Notes under the pieces: generated by a model
The model's database searches: none
Seen by the model: only the letters and a program-made list of their open reading frames with translations
Told to the model about the DNA's origin: nothing
Source of the DNA: Anaerolineae bacterium
GTDB lineage: Bacteria > Chloroflexota > Anaerolineae > B4-G1 > DUEL01
DNA: 41,853 nucleotides
Assembly: GCA_041082215.1 (NCBI GenBank)
Contig: JBDOIF010000112.1
Span: forward strand, 1-41,853
Reading direction: 5' to 3'
Made by a program: the position numbers and the translations under genes
Shown: positions 8,691 to 17,999 of the stretch, in pieces
How the letters are laid out: each line of letters starts with the position of its first letter
Position numbering within the stretch: the stretch's first letter is position 1

Positions 8691-10046
8691 CTATGCCCCC
8701 GTCACCAGCTCCCGGGCGATCCGGTTGTGCCGCTCGATCACCGGGACCAGGTCTACCGTAAGCAGCCGCCCCTCCTCCACCACCACCCGCCCGTTGATGA
8801 TGGAAAGGTCCACCCGCTGCGGAGTGCAGAAGACCAGCGCCGCCAGCGGGTCGTGGAGCGCACCGGCGTAATCCAGCCGGTCCAGCCGGAAGCCGATGAG
8901 GTCGGCGGCGAACCCTTCCGCGAGCTGACCGATGTCGTCCCGGCCCAGCACCGCTGCTCCGCCGCGCGTCGCCAGCCAGAGCGCCTCGCGGGCGGAGAGC
9001 CCCGCCGGATCGCCGCCCACCCGCTGAAGCAGCAGCGCTATCCGCGCCTCGGCCAGCATATGGGAGGAATCGTTGCTGGCGGAGCCGTCCACCCCCAGCC
9101 CCACCCGGACCCCCGCGTCCAGGTAGGCCCGTACCGGCGCGATGCCGCTCCCCAGCCGCATATTGGAGCTGGGGCAGTGGCAGACCCCTGTGCCGGTCCG
9201 GGCCAGCAGTCCGATCTCCTGTCTGTTAACATGCACCCCGTGGGCGTACCAGACATCCTCCCCCACCCAGCCCAGCGCCTCGGCGTATCCCACCGGTCGG
9301 TGGCCGAACCGCTCCAGGCAGAACCGCTCTTCGTCCAGCGTTTCCGCCAGATGGGTGTGGAGGTGGACCCCATAGGAGCGGGCCAGGGCTGCCGCCTCCC
9401 GCATCAGTTCGGGCGTCACCGAGAAGGGGGAGCAGGGTGCAACGACGATACGGACCATCCCATAGCGGCCGGGGTCGTGGTAGGTCTCGATGGCCCGCTG
9501 CATATCCTTGAGAATGAAGTCCTCATCCTCCACTACTCGATCCGGAGGGAGTCCCCCTTTGCTCTCCCCCAGGCTCATCGCGCCCCGGCTGGCGTGGAAA
9601 CGGACGCCGATCTCCCGTGCCGCCTGGATCTCATCGTCAATACGGCAGCCGTTGGGGTAGATATAGAGGTGGTCGGCGGCAGTGGTACAGCCGGAAAGGA
9701 CCAGCTCGGCCAGCCCCACCAGCGCACTGACATAGACTGCCTCGGGGGTCAGCCGGGCCCAGATAGGATAGAGGGTCTTGAGCCACCCAAAGAGGGGGGC
9801 ATCCTGCGCCGCCGGTACTGCCCGGGTGAGGGTCTGGTAGAGGTGGTGGTGGGTGTTGACCAGCCCTGGCAGGAGGATCATCCCGCTGGCGCTGACGATC
9901 TGGTCGGCCCGGGCCGGCAGCTCCTCCGAGCGGCCCACCTGCCGGATCACCCCATCCTGCACGAACACCCCGCCTCCCTCGATACAACGGCCGGCGTCGT
10001 CCATTGTGACCAGAAGGTCGGCATTCTTCACAAGCAGCGTGGACAC
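8691..10046 (-). CDS. 8-oxoguanine deaminase (amidohydrolase superfamily)
   Basis: NTHHHLYQTLTRA, APCSPFSV, HTHLAE, GVDGSASND. Confidence 0.88.
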   Translation of the reverse strand: MSTLLVKNADLLVTMDDAGRCIEGGGVFVQDGVIRQVGRSEELPARADQIVSASGMILLPGLVNTHHHLYQTLTRAVPAAQDAPLFGWLKTLYPIWARLTPEAVYVSALVGLAELVLSGCTTAADHLYIYPNGCRIDDEIQAAREIGVRFHASRGAMSLGESKGGLPPDRVVEDEDFILKDMQRAIETYHDPGRYGMVRIVVAPCSPFSVTPELMREAAALARSYGVHLHTHLAETLDEERFCLERFGHRPVGYAEALGWVGEDVWYAHGVHVNRQEIGLLARTGTGVCHCPSSNMRLGSGIAPVRAYLDAGVRVGLGVDGSASNDSSHMLAEARIALLLQRVGGDPAGLSAREALWLATRGGAAVLGRDDIGQLAEGFAADLIGFRLDRLDYAGALHDPLAALVFCTPQRVDLSIINGRVVVEEGRLLTVDLVPVIERHNRIARELVTGA

Positions 10047-10084
10047 GTCGCTTTCTCCTTAACGCCGGGTCGGGCCTCCCCCCG

Positions 10085-10567
10085 CTATGGCGTGCCCCAT
10101 TTTTCTTCAACAAGCCTTATCAGCGGTAAGGGCGCTAACTTATCCGCCGAGCACTTCACGAGCAATTTGCCTGTGCCTGAGGTGGCCTCGATCAGACAAT
10201 TGCAGTCGAGACGGCTGGCTGACCTCGAACCTGACACAGCCTGACATTGAATGTCTGAATAGAACCCCGGTCCGATGAGCGCCAGGTAGATAGCGAGAAT
10301 CACACACCCGAATATCGGCAGTGCTACTAACATTATGCGGTTGCCCGCTGGCCGTGTGCAAACACAAGCAAGGAACGTTATCAGAGCAGGCAGTGATCCG
10401 ACCGCTATATAGAAATAGGGTGTGGAGGCGGCCATCGGCGGAGCCAGGAAAATCCTCTGTCTCATCATCCAGACACCAGCAAGTTCACACATAATGAGAA
10501 CAGCCAGCGTCAACGCACCCACCCTGTTCCATGTCAACTTTCTATTTTGCGTCATGTCAGCAGTCAT
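10085..10567 (-). CDS. Hypothetical small membrane protein of atypical (lower GC) composition
   Basis: Three hydrophobic segments, Cys-rich C-terminus, GGAGG RBS; visibly more AT-rich than neighbours. Confidence 0.6.
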   Translation of the reverse strand: MTADMTQNRKLTWNRVGALTLAVLIMCELAGVWMMRQRIFLAPPMAASTPYFYIAVGSLPALITFLACVCTRPAGNRIMLVALPIFGCVILAIYLALIGPGFYSDIQCQAVSGSRSASRLDCNCLIEATSGTGKLLVKCSADKLAPLPLIRLVEEKWGTP

Positions 10568-10656
10568 CGGCGTGCCTCCGCATAGTTCTACAAACCGCGC
10601 ACCGCTCGCACCAAGTGGCCCAATATCTAATAACCCGCAATGACAGTCGAGGAGCG

Positions 10657-11775
10657 CTAAACCACGGGCCGGGTCATCTCCAGGTCGTAGTAGGCCCTGA
10701 TCCCCTTCTGGCTCAGGCGGGCGAGAAAGGTCGGGGCATCCAGGCAGCCCTCCGGCGCGTATACGCCCCCGCCCTCGACCGTCAGCTCCCGCCGCGCCAG
10801 CATCAGCGCGCCGACGGAAAGGGAGAGGCCGGTCGCTTCCCGCATCTGGCCGATGCCGCAGGCCAGCCGGTGCATCTCCTCACCCCCCGCCTCTCCCCAC
10901 ACATCCAGGCGGACCGCCCCATCCGCTGGCGCCTCCTTGCCCCCCAGTCGCTCGAGGAGGGCGACCAGGCGGGCAGCGGCCTCCCGCACCCGCGCGCTGG
11001 AGAAAAAGCCCCACCGGGCAGGCCGGATGAAGAGGCCGGACCCCCGGCCGAAGCCCATAAAGAAATTGACCTCCTCGATGCCGGGGATGAAGCGGGGGAT
11101 CGTCTCCGGCTCACTGTGGCCCATGTTCCAGACCCTGATGGAGCCAAAACGGGGGAATTCGACGGTCCGCTCCTGGCTGCAGGCCGGGACCATCGCCCAC
11201 TCCCCACCCCGCCAGACGACGACCCGACCGGAGATGATGTGGAGCATATGCCGCACCACCGCTTCTCCGCCGCCAGCGTTGAGGGGCTGGTAGACGGATA
11301 CATCCGCCCGCCGCACCCGGTCCATCCCCCGTGCCAGATAGCGGATGCCGACGTTGGAGAGGCCAGGGCTGGTCCCCAGGCCGGTGATGATGGTGATCCC
11401 TTTTCGGCGGGCCTCTTCGTCGAACTGCTCGATGGCCGCCCGCGCCGCCTGCCACTCATCGCAGATGCTGGCGTAGGGAACCCCGGCCTCGATGGCGGCC
11501 CGGACCATCTTCGCTTCGAACAGGTAGAAGGGGCCAAGGGCGGAGGCGGCGACGTCGTAGCCGCGCATTGCTTCGACCAGCCCCTCGTGGCTGCTGGCAT
11601 CCACCTGCCGGACGTCCACCTCAGCCCTCTGGCCGGATAGCCTCGCGGCGATCCGGCGACCGGCCTCGACGTTGCGGTCGGCGATCGTCACCCGCTCCAC
11701 CCCTTCCGTCGCCGCCAGGTCCTCCACTGCCCGGCTGCCCATATCCCCTGCACCGCCCAGCACAATGACTTCCAT
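10657..11775 (-). CDS. Saccharopine dehydrogenase-family oxidoreductase
   Basis: GGAGDMG Rossmann motif, LGPFY, GLGTSPGLSN, GHSEPETIP, GVYAPE. Confidence 0.85.
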   Translation of the reverse strand: MEVIVLGGAGDMGSRAVEDLAATEGVERVTIADRNVEAGRRIAARLSGQRAEVDVRQVDASSHEGLVEAMRGYDVAASALGPFYLFEAKMVRAAIEAGVPYASICDEWQAARAAIEQFDEEARRKGITIITGLGTSPGLSNVGIRYLARGMDRVRRADVSVYQPLNAGGGEAVVRHMLHIISGRVVVWRGGEWAMVPACSQERTVEFPRFGSIRVWNMGHSEPETIPRFIPGIEEVNFFMGFGRGSGLFIRPARWGFFSSARVREAAARLVALLERLGGKEAPADGAVRLDVWGEAGGEEMHRLACGIGQMREATGLSLSVGALMLARRELTVEGGGVYAPEGCLDAPTFLARLSQKGIRAYYDLEMTRPVV

Positions 11776-11865
11776 GCTCCCCTCCTTAAAAGTTTATCCA
11801 GAAAATCTCAGTCAATCTACAGTATATCCCCGAAGGCAACCCAGGACAAGGCCGAATTGAGATTC

Positions 11866-12037
11866 GGGTGTATTTCAGTTTGGGGGCGAGATGTCCCTGG
11901 CCCGGGCCGGACCTGGGGAAACACGAATGGCGCGAATGGAGTAGTATCCCTCCTGTTCGCTGTATTCGGGCCATTCGTGGGATTCGCGATCCACCGGCGA
12001 GCGAGAGGACCACTCGCCACGAAATTGAAATACGCCC
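11866..12037. mobile_element. 172-bp MITE with terminal inverted repeats and 9-bp target-site duplication
   Basis: TIRs GGGTGTATTTCAGTTT / AAATTGAAATACGCCC (14/16 match), flanked by identical TTGAGATTC at 11857-11865 and 12038-12046; no transposase ORF. Confidence 0.85.
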
Positions 12038-12137
12038 TTGAGATTCGGACAGGAGTTCAGAATTCGCGCAAATGAGAGAAAAGGGCTATAATCGTAGTTA
12101 AAACGACACCGTCAGTCGTTCAACAGGAGCAAGTCTT

Positions 12138-12866
12138 GTGCGCTATCTGATCATTTCCGATATCCACGCTAACCGCCCTGCCCTGGAAGCGGTCCTCAAG
12201 GATGCCGGCGGCTTCGATGCCATCTGGTGCCTGGGCGACCTGGTTGGCTACGGGCCAGATCCCAACGAGTGTGTGGAGCGGATCCAGGACTTCGACCACA
12301 TCTGCCTGGCCGGAAACCACGACTGGGCCGCGCTGGGGCGGCTGAGTCTGGACAATTTCAACCTGGATGCCCGCGTTGCCAGCTCCTGGACCCAGGAGGA
12401 GCTGGACCTCTCGACACAGATCTACCTGGAATCCCTGCCCACCCGCATCGAACAGGGGAACTTCCTGCTGGTCCACGGAAGCCCCCGCGAGCCGATCTGG
12501 GAGTACCTGCTGGACGCCGGGCTGGCTGCGGTGAACTTCAACCACTTCTCCACACCCTTCTGCCTGGTGGGCCATACCCACATCCCCATCATCTTCGCCC
12601 TCGACGAGGAACGGGAACGGTGCTATCCCCTCGTCCCCTCACCCTCCGAACCGATCCCCCTCGGCACATACCGGATGATCCTCAACCCCGGCAGTGTGGG
12701 GCAGCCCCGGGATGGCGACCCGCGGGCCAGCTACGCCATCCTGGATACAGACACCAACACCTGGGAGCTGCGCCGGGTGGCCTACCCCATCGAGATCACT
12801 CAGGAGCGCATGCGCGCCCGCAACATGCCCCGGCGACTGATCGAACGGCTGGAGCTGGGCCGGTGA
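12138..12866 (+). CDS. Metallophosphoesterase (calcineurin-like)
   Basis: SDIHAN, LGDLVGYG, GNHD, HGSP, GHTH, NPGSVGQPRD. Confidence 0.93.
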   Translation: MRYLIISDIHANRPALEAVLKDAGGFDAIWCLGDLVGYGPDPNECVERIQDFDHICLAGNHDWAALGRLSLDNFNLDARVASSWTQEELDLSTQIYLESLPTRIEQGNFLLVHGSPREPIWEYLLDAGLAAVNFNHFSTPFCLVGHTHIPIIFALDEERERCYPLVPSPSEPIPLGTYRMILNPGSVGQPRDGDPRASYAILDTDTNTWELRRVAYPIEITQERMRARNMPRRLIERLELGR

Positions 12867-12931
12867 GGGGGAACCCCCGCGCTTCTTCGGGCGTCTTGAG
12901 GGTGAAACCCAAGATCAAGGAGGGGAAATTG

Positions 12932-13813
12932 ATGAAGAGAAACCTGTGGATCGGCACCCTGATAGGGATACTGGCCCTGCTGGTCAGCGGATGCGCTGCG
13001 CGTCAGGCGGCTCCCACTTCGGTCCCCGAGGTTCTGCCCGCTATGCCCCCGCCTGTCGAGGAGCGCAGCGCGTTTACAGCCACAGGGATCGGAGCAGACA
13101 CAGCAGCGGTCGTCTCGGCTGCCACCACCGAGCGGATGGTGATCCGCACCGCCGACCTGGACCTGATCGTCCCGGACACCGAGCTGGCCATCGAGCAGAT
13201 CCAGGAGCTGGCCGAGGAGCTGGACGGCTACGTGGTCTCTATGAACACCTACCAGTACCAGGAGGGGGTCCAGGGCAGCATAACCCTCCGCGTCCCCGCC
13301 GGGTCCCTCGATGAAGCACTGAGCCGGCTCAAGGAGCTGGCCACCACCGTCCGCCACGAGTCGGTCTCCACCCAGGACGTAACCGAGGAGTATGTGGACC
13401 TGGAATCCCGCCTCCGCCACCTGCGGGCTAAAGAGGAACAGCTCCTGGAGTTCCTGGACCGGGCCGAGGACACGGAGGCGGTGCTGGCCGTCTATGAGCA
13501 GCTCAGCTACACCCAGCAGGAGATCGAGCAGGTGACCGGTCGGATGAAGTTCCTGGAGAACCAGACGGCGCTGGCCACGATCAACGTGAACCTGACACCG
13601 GATGCCCTGGCCCAGCCCCTGGAGGTGGGCGGCTGGAACCTGCCCGGAACGGTCCGCAACGCGGTGGAGGCGCTGCTGGACGTGCTGGAATTCAGCGTCA
13701 AGGCGGCGATCTACCTGGTCATCGTCATCCTGCCCACGCTTATCATCCTCGCCGCTCCCATTGTCGGCCTGGTCTTCCTGATCCGCTGGCTGGTGCGACG
13801 ACGCCGCCGGTAG
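12932..13813 (+). CDS. DUF4349-domain lipoprotein
   Basis: Start corrected to ATG 12932 (AGGAGG RBS); lipobox LVSGC, RMVIRTA, LRVP, QDVTEEYVD, C-terminal TM helix with basic tail. Confidence 0.85.
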   Translation: MKRNLWIGTLIGILALLVSGCAARQAAPTSVPEVLPAMPPPVEERSAFTATGIGADTAAVVSAATTERMVIRTADLDLIVPDTELAIEQIQELAEELDGYVVSMNTYQYQEGVQGSITLRVPAGSLDEALSRLKELATTVRHESVSTQDVTEEYVDLESRLRHLRAKEEQLLEFLDRAEDTEAVLAVYEQLSYTQQEIEQVTGRMKFLENQTALATINVNLTPDALAQPLEVGGWNLPGTVRNAVEALLDVLEFSVKAAIYLVIVILPTLIILAAPIVGLVFLIRWLVRRRRR

Positions 13814-13814
13814 A

Positions 13815-13909
13815 GCAGGGACGCGGGGACATAGAGACGCGGAGACGCGGAGACACGGAGACACGGGGAGGCTCAGGGGAAGCCCTGTGCGCTCCGTGTC
13901 TCTGTGGTT
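13815..13909. repeat. ACRCGGAG octamer array joined to a CTCTGTGGTT palindrome arm
   Basis: acgcggag acgcggag acacggag acacgggg ... ctccgtgtctctgtggtt. Confidence 0.7.
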
Positions 13910-13933
13910 CATTTTCCCATCCTGGAGGAAGAG

Positions 13934-15364
13934 ATGGCCATCACTATCGTCGGGTTGGGGCCAGGCGATCCCCGCCACCTGACGCGGGAGGCGTGGGAGG
14001 TGCTCTCGACAGCAGAGGAAGTGTGGTTGCGCACGGCCCGCCACCCTACCGTCGCCGGGCTGCCCCCCCACCTCATCCTCCACTCTTTCGACGAGCTGTA
14101 TGAGAGGGCCGGGGATTTCGCCACCGTCTATCGGTCCATTGCCGCCGAGGTCCTGCGGCTGGGGCAACGGCCCCAGGGGGTGATCTATGGAGTCCCCGGC
14201 CACCCGCTGGTGGGCGAATCCACCGTCCAGCAGATACGGACGGGGGCACAGGAGGCTGGGATTCCGGTCCGTATCGTCGAGGGACTCAGCTTCGTCGAAC
14301 CGACCCTCACCGCCCTGGGGCTGGACGCGCTGGAAGGGCTCCAGATCCACGACGGGATCGAGCTGGCCGCCCACCACCATCCTCCCCTCAACCCGGACCT
14401 GCCCGCTCTGATCGGCCAGGTCTACAGCCGACCGCTGGCAGGCGACCTGAAGCTCACGCTGATGAACCAGTACCCGGACGACCACCCCGTCACCCTGATC
14501 CACGCCGCTGGCACGAAAGACGAACGGGTGGTCCACCTGCCCCTCTATGAGCTGGACCGACAGGAGGTGGATCACCTCACCTCCCTCTACATCCCGCCGC
14601 TCCCGCCGGTGAGCAGCTTCGAGGGGCTGCAGGAGACGATCGCCCACCTCCGCGCCCCCGACGGCTGTCCCTGGGATCGGGAACAGACCCACGAGAGCCT
14701 GCGGGGCGGCCTGCTGGAGGAGGCATACGAGGCGGTGGCGGCCATAGATGCCGGGGATATGGATGGGTTGCGGGAGGAGCTGGGCGACCTGCTCCTCCAG
14801 GTCCTCCTCCATTCCCAGATCGCCACCGAGGAGGGGGACTTCCGGATGGCCGAGGTGATCGCCGCCATAGACGCCAAGCTGAAGCGCCGCCACCCCCACG
14901 TCTGGGGAGAACAGAAGGTGGGGAGCGAGCAGGAGCTGTTGCTTCAGTGGGAGCACCTGAAGCAGGAGGAGCGAGGGGAAGACGGCTCGATGCTGGACGG
15001 GGTTCCCCGGGCGCTTCCGGCCCTCCTCCAGGCCTACACCTACGGCGAGCGGGCGGCCCGGGTGGGGTTCGACTGGCCCGGCCCGACGGAGGTGGCCCAG
15101 AAGGTGCGGGAAGAGCTGGCAGAGCTGGAGGCAGCAGAGACGGAAGAGGAGCTGGAAGCGGAGCTGGGCGACCTGCTCTTCGCCATCGTCAACTGGGCAC
15201 GACATCTGGGAGTGGAACCGGAGGCCGCCCTGAGAGGGGCCAACGAGCGGTTCGCCCGCCGCTTCCGGGCGATGGAGGAGCTGGCCCGACAGCGAGGGCT
15301 GAGGCTGGACCGGATGACGATCGAAGAGATGGATACGCTCTGGGAAGAGGTGAAGGCCCTATGA
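13934..15364 (+). CDS. mazG: YabN-type tetrapyrrole-methylase/MazG nucleoside triphosphate pyrophosphohydrolase
   Basis: ITIVGLGPG, VPGHPLVGE; GCPWDREQTHESL, EELGDLL, RRHPHV, ELGDLLF. Confidence 0.92.
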   Translation: MAITIVGLGPGDPRHLTREAWEVLSTAEEVWLRTARHPTVAGLPPHLILHSFDELYERAGDFATVYRSIAAEVLRLGQRPQGVIYGVPGHPLVGESTVQQIRTGAQEAGIPVRIVEGLSFVEPTLTALGLDALEGLQIHDGIELAAHHHPPLNPDLPALIGQVYSRPLAGDLKLTLMNQYPDDHPVTLIHAAGTKDERVVHLPLYELDRQEVDHLTSLYIPPLPPVSSFEGLQETIAHLRAPDGCPWDREQTHESLRGGLLEEAYEAVAAIDAGDMDGLREELGDLLLQVLLHSQIATEEGDFRMAEVIAAIDAKLKRRHPHVWGEQKVGSEQELLLQWEHLKQEERGEDGSMLDGVPRALPALLQAYTYGERAARVGFDWPGPTEVAQKVREELAELEAAETEEELEAELGDLLFAIVNWARHLGVEPEAALRGANERFARRFRAMEELARQRGLRLDRMTIEEMDTLWEEVKAL

Positions 15365-16404
15365 CGCATCTCTTCTCGCCGCTCACCCTGCGAGAGGTGA
15401 CGCTGCGCAACCGGGTGATGATGTCGCCGATGTGTATGTATGTGGCCGGAGAGGACGGCCACCCCACCGACTGGCATCTGGTCCACTACGGCGCGCGGGC
15501 GGTGGGCAGGGTAGGGCTGATTATGCTGGAAGCCACCGCCGTCGAGGCCAGGGGGCGGATCAGCCAGCACGACCTGGGGCTATGGGAGGACAGCCAGGTC
15601 GAGCCGATGAAGCGGCTGGTCCGCTTCCTCCAGAATCAGGGGGCTGCAGTGGGGGTGCAACTGGCTCACGCCGGGCGGAAGAGCTGGAGCAATCAGAAAG
15701 GGCACGGGCCGACGGAACCCATCGGCCCCAGCCCGATCCCCTTCGACGAGGGCTGGGCATTGCCCCGGGAGATGGGGATAGAGGAGATCGGCGCCGTCGC
15801 CGGGTCGTTTCGCCGGGCAGCGGAGCGGGCACTGGCGGTCGGCTTCGACGTGGTGGAAGTCCACGCTGCCCACGGCTACCTCATCCACGAGTTCCTCTCC
15901 CCGCTGACCAACCACCGCAGCGATGGGTATGGCGGCCCGCTGGAGAACCGGATGCGCTTCCTCCTCGAAGTGGTGGAGGGTATACGGAGCGTGTGGCCGG
16001 AGGACCGGCCCCTCTTCGTCCGGCTCTCCGCAACCGACTGGGCAGAGGGCGGCCTGACGGTGGAGGATACGGTGCAGGTGGCCCGTGCACTGGCCAGGCG
16101 GGGGGTGGACCTGGTGGATTGTTCCTCCGGCGGCGCGGTGCCCCAGGGGGTCCCGGAGGTGTACCCCGGCTACCAGGTCCCCTTCGCCGAGCGGGTGCGG
16201 CGGGAGGCAGGTATAGCCACCGCTGCGGTGGGGTTGATCACCAGGCCAGAGCAGGCGGAGGCAGTCCTGGCCGAAGGGAAGGCGGACCTGGTGGCGCTGG
16301 GTCGGGAGCTGCTGCGCCACCCCCACTGGGTGCTGGACGCCGCCCGCGCGCTGGGGCAGGAGGTAGAATGGCCCCGCCCCTATCTGCGGGCGCGGCCGAG
16401 CTGA
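15361..16404 (+). CDS. namA: NADH:flavin oxidoreductase (old yellow enzyme, YqjM/NamA-like)
   Basis: LFSPL..RNRVMMSPMCMY, QLAHAGRK, HAAHGYLIHEFLSP, PGYQV; ATGA overlap with mazG. Confidence 0.88.
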   Translation: MTHLFSPLTLREVTLRNRVMMSPMCMYVAGEDGHPTDWHLVHYGARAVGRVGLIMLEATAVEARGRISQHDLGLWEDSQVEPMKRLVRFLQNQGAAVGVQLAHAGRKSWSNQKGHGPTEPIGPSPIPFDEGWALPREMGIEEIGAVAGSFRRAAERALAVGFDVVEVHAAHGYLIHEFLSPLTNHRSDGYGGPLENRMRFLLEVVEGIRSVWPEDRPLFVRLSATDWAEGGLTVEDTVQVARALARRGVDLVDCSSGGAVPQGVPEVYPGYQVPFAERVRREAGIATAAVGLITRPEQAEAVLAEGKADLVALGRELLRHPHWVLDAARALGQEVEWPRPYLRARPS

Positions 16405-16418
16405 TCCCCTTGCTCTTG

Positions 16419-17978
16419 CTACCGCGGCGGGTAGCCGGTGACGCGACGGATCTCTTCGTAGAGGGGCCGAAGCCGCCGGTACATCTGCCGGTAGACCCGC
16501 TGGTAAAGCGCTTCGTAGACATCCCGCACCTCAGGGCGGGGGAGGAAGGTCCGGCTCACCCGCGTCATCTCCGCCACCGCCGCCTCGAAATTGGGATGCA
16601 ACCCCAGCCCCACCGCCGCGTCCATCGCCGCGCCCAGGCCGGAGGTCTCGTAGATGTGCGGGCGGCTGGCGGGCAGGTTGAAGATGTCGGCAGTGATTTG
16701 CATTGCCGCGTCCGATTGTGACCCTCCGCCGGAGACCCGCACCTCGGCCGTCCGCACTCCGAGCCGCTTCTGGGTCCGCTCCAGCCCCTCCCGCAGCGCG
16801 TAGGCCAGCCCCTCCAGGATGGCCCGGTAGATGTGGGCCCGGGTGTGGACGTCGCCGAAGCCGATGATAGCCCCCTTGGCCTCGGGGCCGGGACTTTTAA
16901 GGCCGGGCGACCAGTAGGGCTGGAGCGTCAACCCCATCGAGCCGGGGGGCACGGCCTCCACCAGCTCGTCGAACAGCTCCTCCGGCGCGCAGCCCCGCTC
17001 CCGGGCCAACTGTTCCTCCCGCAGACCGAACTCCTGCCGGAACCAGGTGACCATCCAGTAGCCGCGGTAAATCTGAATCTCCAGATTGTAGGCTCCGGGA
17101 ACGGCGCTGGGATAGGGCGGGATAAGGGGGATGACCTCGACATAGCGGCGGCTGGTGGTGTTGACGGTGGCAGTGGTGCCGTAGGAGAGGCAGGCGATGT
17201 GCGGCTCCAGGCAGCCTGCCCCCAGCACCTCACACGCCTTGTCCGCTGCGGCGGCGATGAGGGGAAGGCCCGCCGGGATGCCGGTCGCCTCGGCCGCCTG
17301 AGGGGTGATTTCCCCCAGGGGCCGGGCCGGTGGAACCAGATCGGGCAACACGCCGGGGTCCATCGGCGCCGCCTGCCACTTCCAGTCCCACCGCCTGGAC
17401 CAGGCAAGCCGCTTGTAGTCGAAGGGGACGTATCCCACCTGACAGCCCACCGAGTCCACGAACCGGCCCACCAGCCGGTAGGTGAGGTATCCGGAGAGGA
17501 AGAGGTACTTGTGGGTGCGCGCCCAGATATCCGGCTGATGGGTCTGGATCCAGTTCACCTCCGCCTCTGCCTGGAGGTAAGCCGCCGTCTCGCTCATCCC
17601 GGCCAGCCGGAAGGCCAGCCCCCATAGCCCCCCGATCGGCTTCAGCCCCTCCGTCCGTCGCTGGTCCAGCCAGACAATGGCGGGGCGGAGCGGCCTTCCC
17701 TCTTTGTCCACGTTGACCATCGTCGCCCGCTGGGAGGTGAGGGCCACTCCGGCGACCCCCTCTTTGGGGACGGGGGCCTCCCGCCAGAGCTGCTGACAGG
17801 CGATGCAGAGTCTATCCCAGAAGTAGTCGGGGTCCTGCTCCGCCCATCCAGGCTGTTTGGAGAAGTAGGGCTCGATCGGGACCCGGACTTTATGTACCAG
17901 ATTGCCGCGCGGGTCGAACAACAGGGCACGGACCGACTGGGTGCCGACATCTATAGCGAGGATGTGCTCTCTCACCAC
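16419..17978 (-). CDS. FGGY-family carbohydrate kinase
   Basis: [30 protein letters not shown] start after AGGAGG (17978 or 17975). Confidence 0.9.
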   Translation of the reverse strand: MVREHILAIDVGTQSVRALLFDPRGNLVHKVRVPIEPYFSKQPGWAEQDPDYFWDRLCIACQQLWREAPVPKEGVAGVALTSQRATMVNVDKEGRPLRPAIVWLDQRRTEGLKPIGGLWGLAFRLAGMSETAAYLQAEAEVNWIQTHQPDIWARTHKYLFLSGYLTYRLVGRFVDSVGCQVGYVPFDYKRLAWSRRWDWKWQAAPMDPGVLPDLVPPARPLGEITPQAAEATGIPAGLPLIAAAADKACEVLGAGCLEPHIACLSYGTTATVNTTSRRYVEVIPLIPPYPSAVPGAYNLEIQIYRGYWMVTWFRQEFGLREEQLARERGCAPEELFDELVEAVPPGSMGLTLQPYWSPGLKSPGPEAKGAIIGFGDVHTRAHIYRAILEGLAYALREGLERTQKRLGVRTAEVRVSGGGSQSDAAMQITADIFNLPASRPHIYETSGLGAAMDAAVGLGLHPNFEAAVAEMTRVSRTFLPRPEVRDVYEALYQRVYRQMYRRLRPLYEEIRRVTGYPPR

Positions 17979-17999
17979 TTTCCTCCTTCCCTTCTCCAC

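Noticed and set aside
8226..10244. Long alternative-frame ORFs (e.g. 672 aa here, 801 aa at 12800-15205, 636 aa at 22115-24025, 635 aa at 37349-39256)
   Set aside because: Antisense shadows of well-supported genes, expected at this GC content; no recognisable motifs
11789..11812. Possible IS-end-like sequence AAAGTTTATCCAGAAAATCTC (and GAGAATTTGCTCCGAAAA near 407-424)
   Set aside because: No partner inverted repeat or target duplication found
12227..12931. N-terminal extension of the DUF4349 ORF (and similarly 14947-15360 for namA, 25718-25885 for tetR)
   Set aside because: Overlaps other genes or promoters; good RBS or signal-peptide starts lie downstream
13815..13870. Short repeat arrays as CRISPR
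   Set aside because: Units are 7-15 nt and tandem, with no unique spacers and no cas genes
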